From the NCBI GenBank assembly GCA_043228905.1, contig JBHGNT010000011.1, forward strand, positions 3,472,001 to 3,536,000: a DNA stretch of 64,000 nucleotides, written 5' to 3'. Made by a program: the position numbers and the translations under genes. The number at the start of each line of letters is the position of its first letter. Position 1 is the first letter of the stretch. Source of the stretch: Azolla caroliniana (lineage: Eukaryota > Plantae > Polypodiophyta). Shown one piece after another: positions 63,631-64,000 of this stretch. The notes below the pieces were generated by a model. The model ran no database searches. It was not told the DNA's origin and saw only the letters and a list, made by a program, of their open reading frames with translations.

Positions 63631-64000
63631 TCATTTTGAAAGCAGTTCAACAAGGCTCCAATGAAGTAGATGAAGGCATTCAAGCAAAAACCAGAACAGT
63701 GCGGCCTCAGAGAGAAGAGTGAGTAGTAGCATCAATGTTGAGCCTGCATGTGCATTGTCTTAATCAAGTGCAAGCTATGCACATCCAACACATAAAACCA
63801 CACTCAATCCAGCAGCATTCAGTATCAGGACCTGCACATTAACGCATAATACTCCTAATTTACTCGATCCAAGGTGAGGAAAAGCACCTCACAAACTTTA
63901 ACTTAGAAGGCATATATATATATATCCAAATCATAAGGCATATGGTGCCACCACAGATGCACATTAGCACCCGGCATATCCAGTTGAATCTCATATAATT

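Noticed and set aside
63640-63835. Possible last exon of a minus-strand gene (acceptor-like GTGCAG near 63831)
   Set aside because: Short frame, no recognisable homology, and upstream exons are not visible in the window

Overview
Eukaryotic land-plant genomic DNA; it looks like a fern or other non-seed plant, but that is inference only. Two intron-containing host genes sit near the ends. On the left is the 3' half of a KEA1/KEA2-type K+/H+ antiporter (9 exons, 3600-5808, +). On the right is a complete 11-exon secreted LRR protein gene (56929-62046, +). Between them is a ~46-kb nest of LTR retrotransposons (9231-54729): two related non-chromovirus Ty3/Gypsy elements (A +, B -), eight Ty1/Copia elements or remnants (C-J), two solo LTRs, and flanking LINE debris. 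The main oddities are: (1) Gypsy B has a tRNA-3'-end mimic (an inverted PBS) instead of a polypurine tract beside its 3' LTR; (2) both Gypsy elements carry a homologous long extra ORF downstream of integrase; (3) Copia D is flanked by a 298-bp target duplication and has a clipped LTR end; (4) an intact young Copia (C) has TG..TA termini; (5) a solo LTR has a 4-bp TSD; (6) a head-to-tail array of (TC)n-tailed LINE 3' ends. All coordinates were read by eye and no database searches were run.
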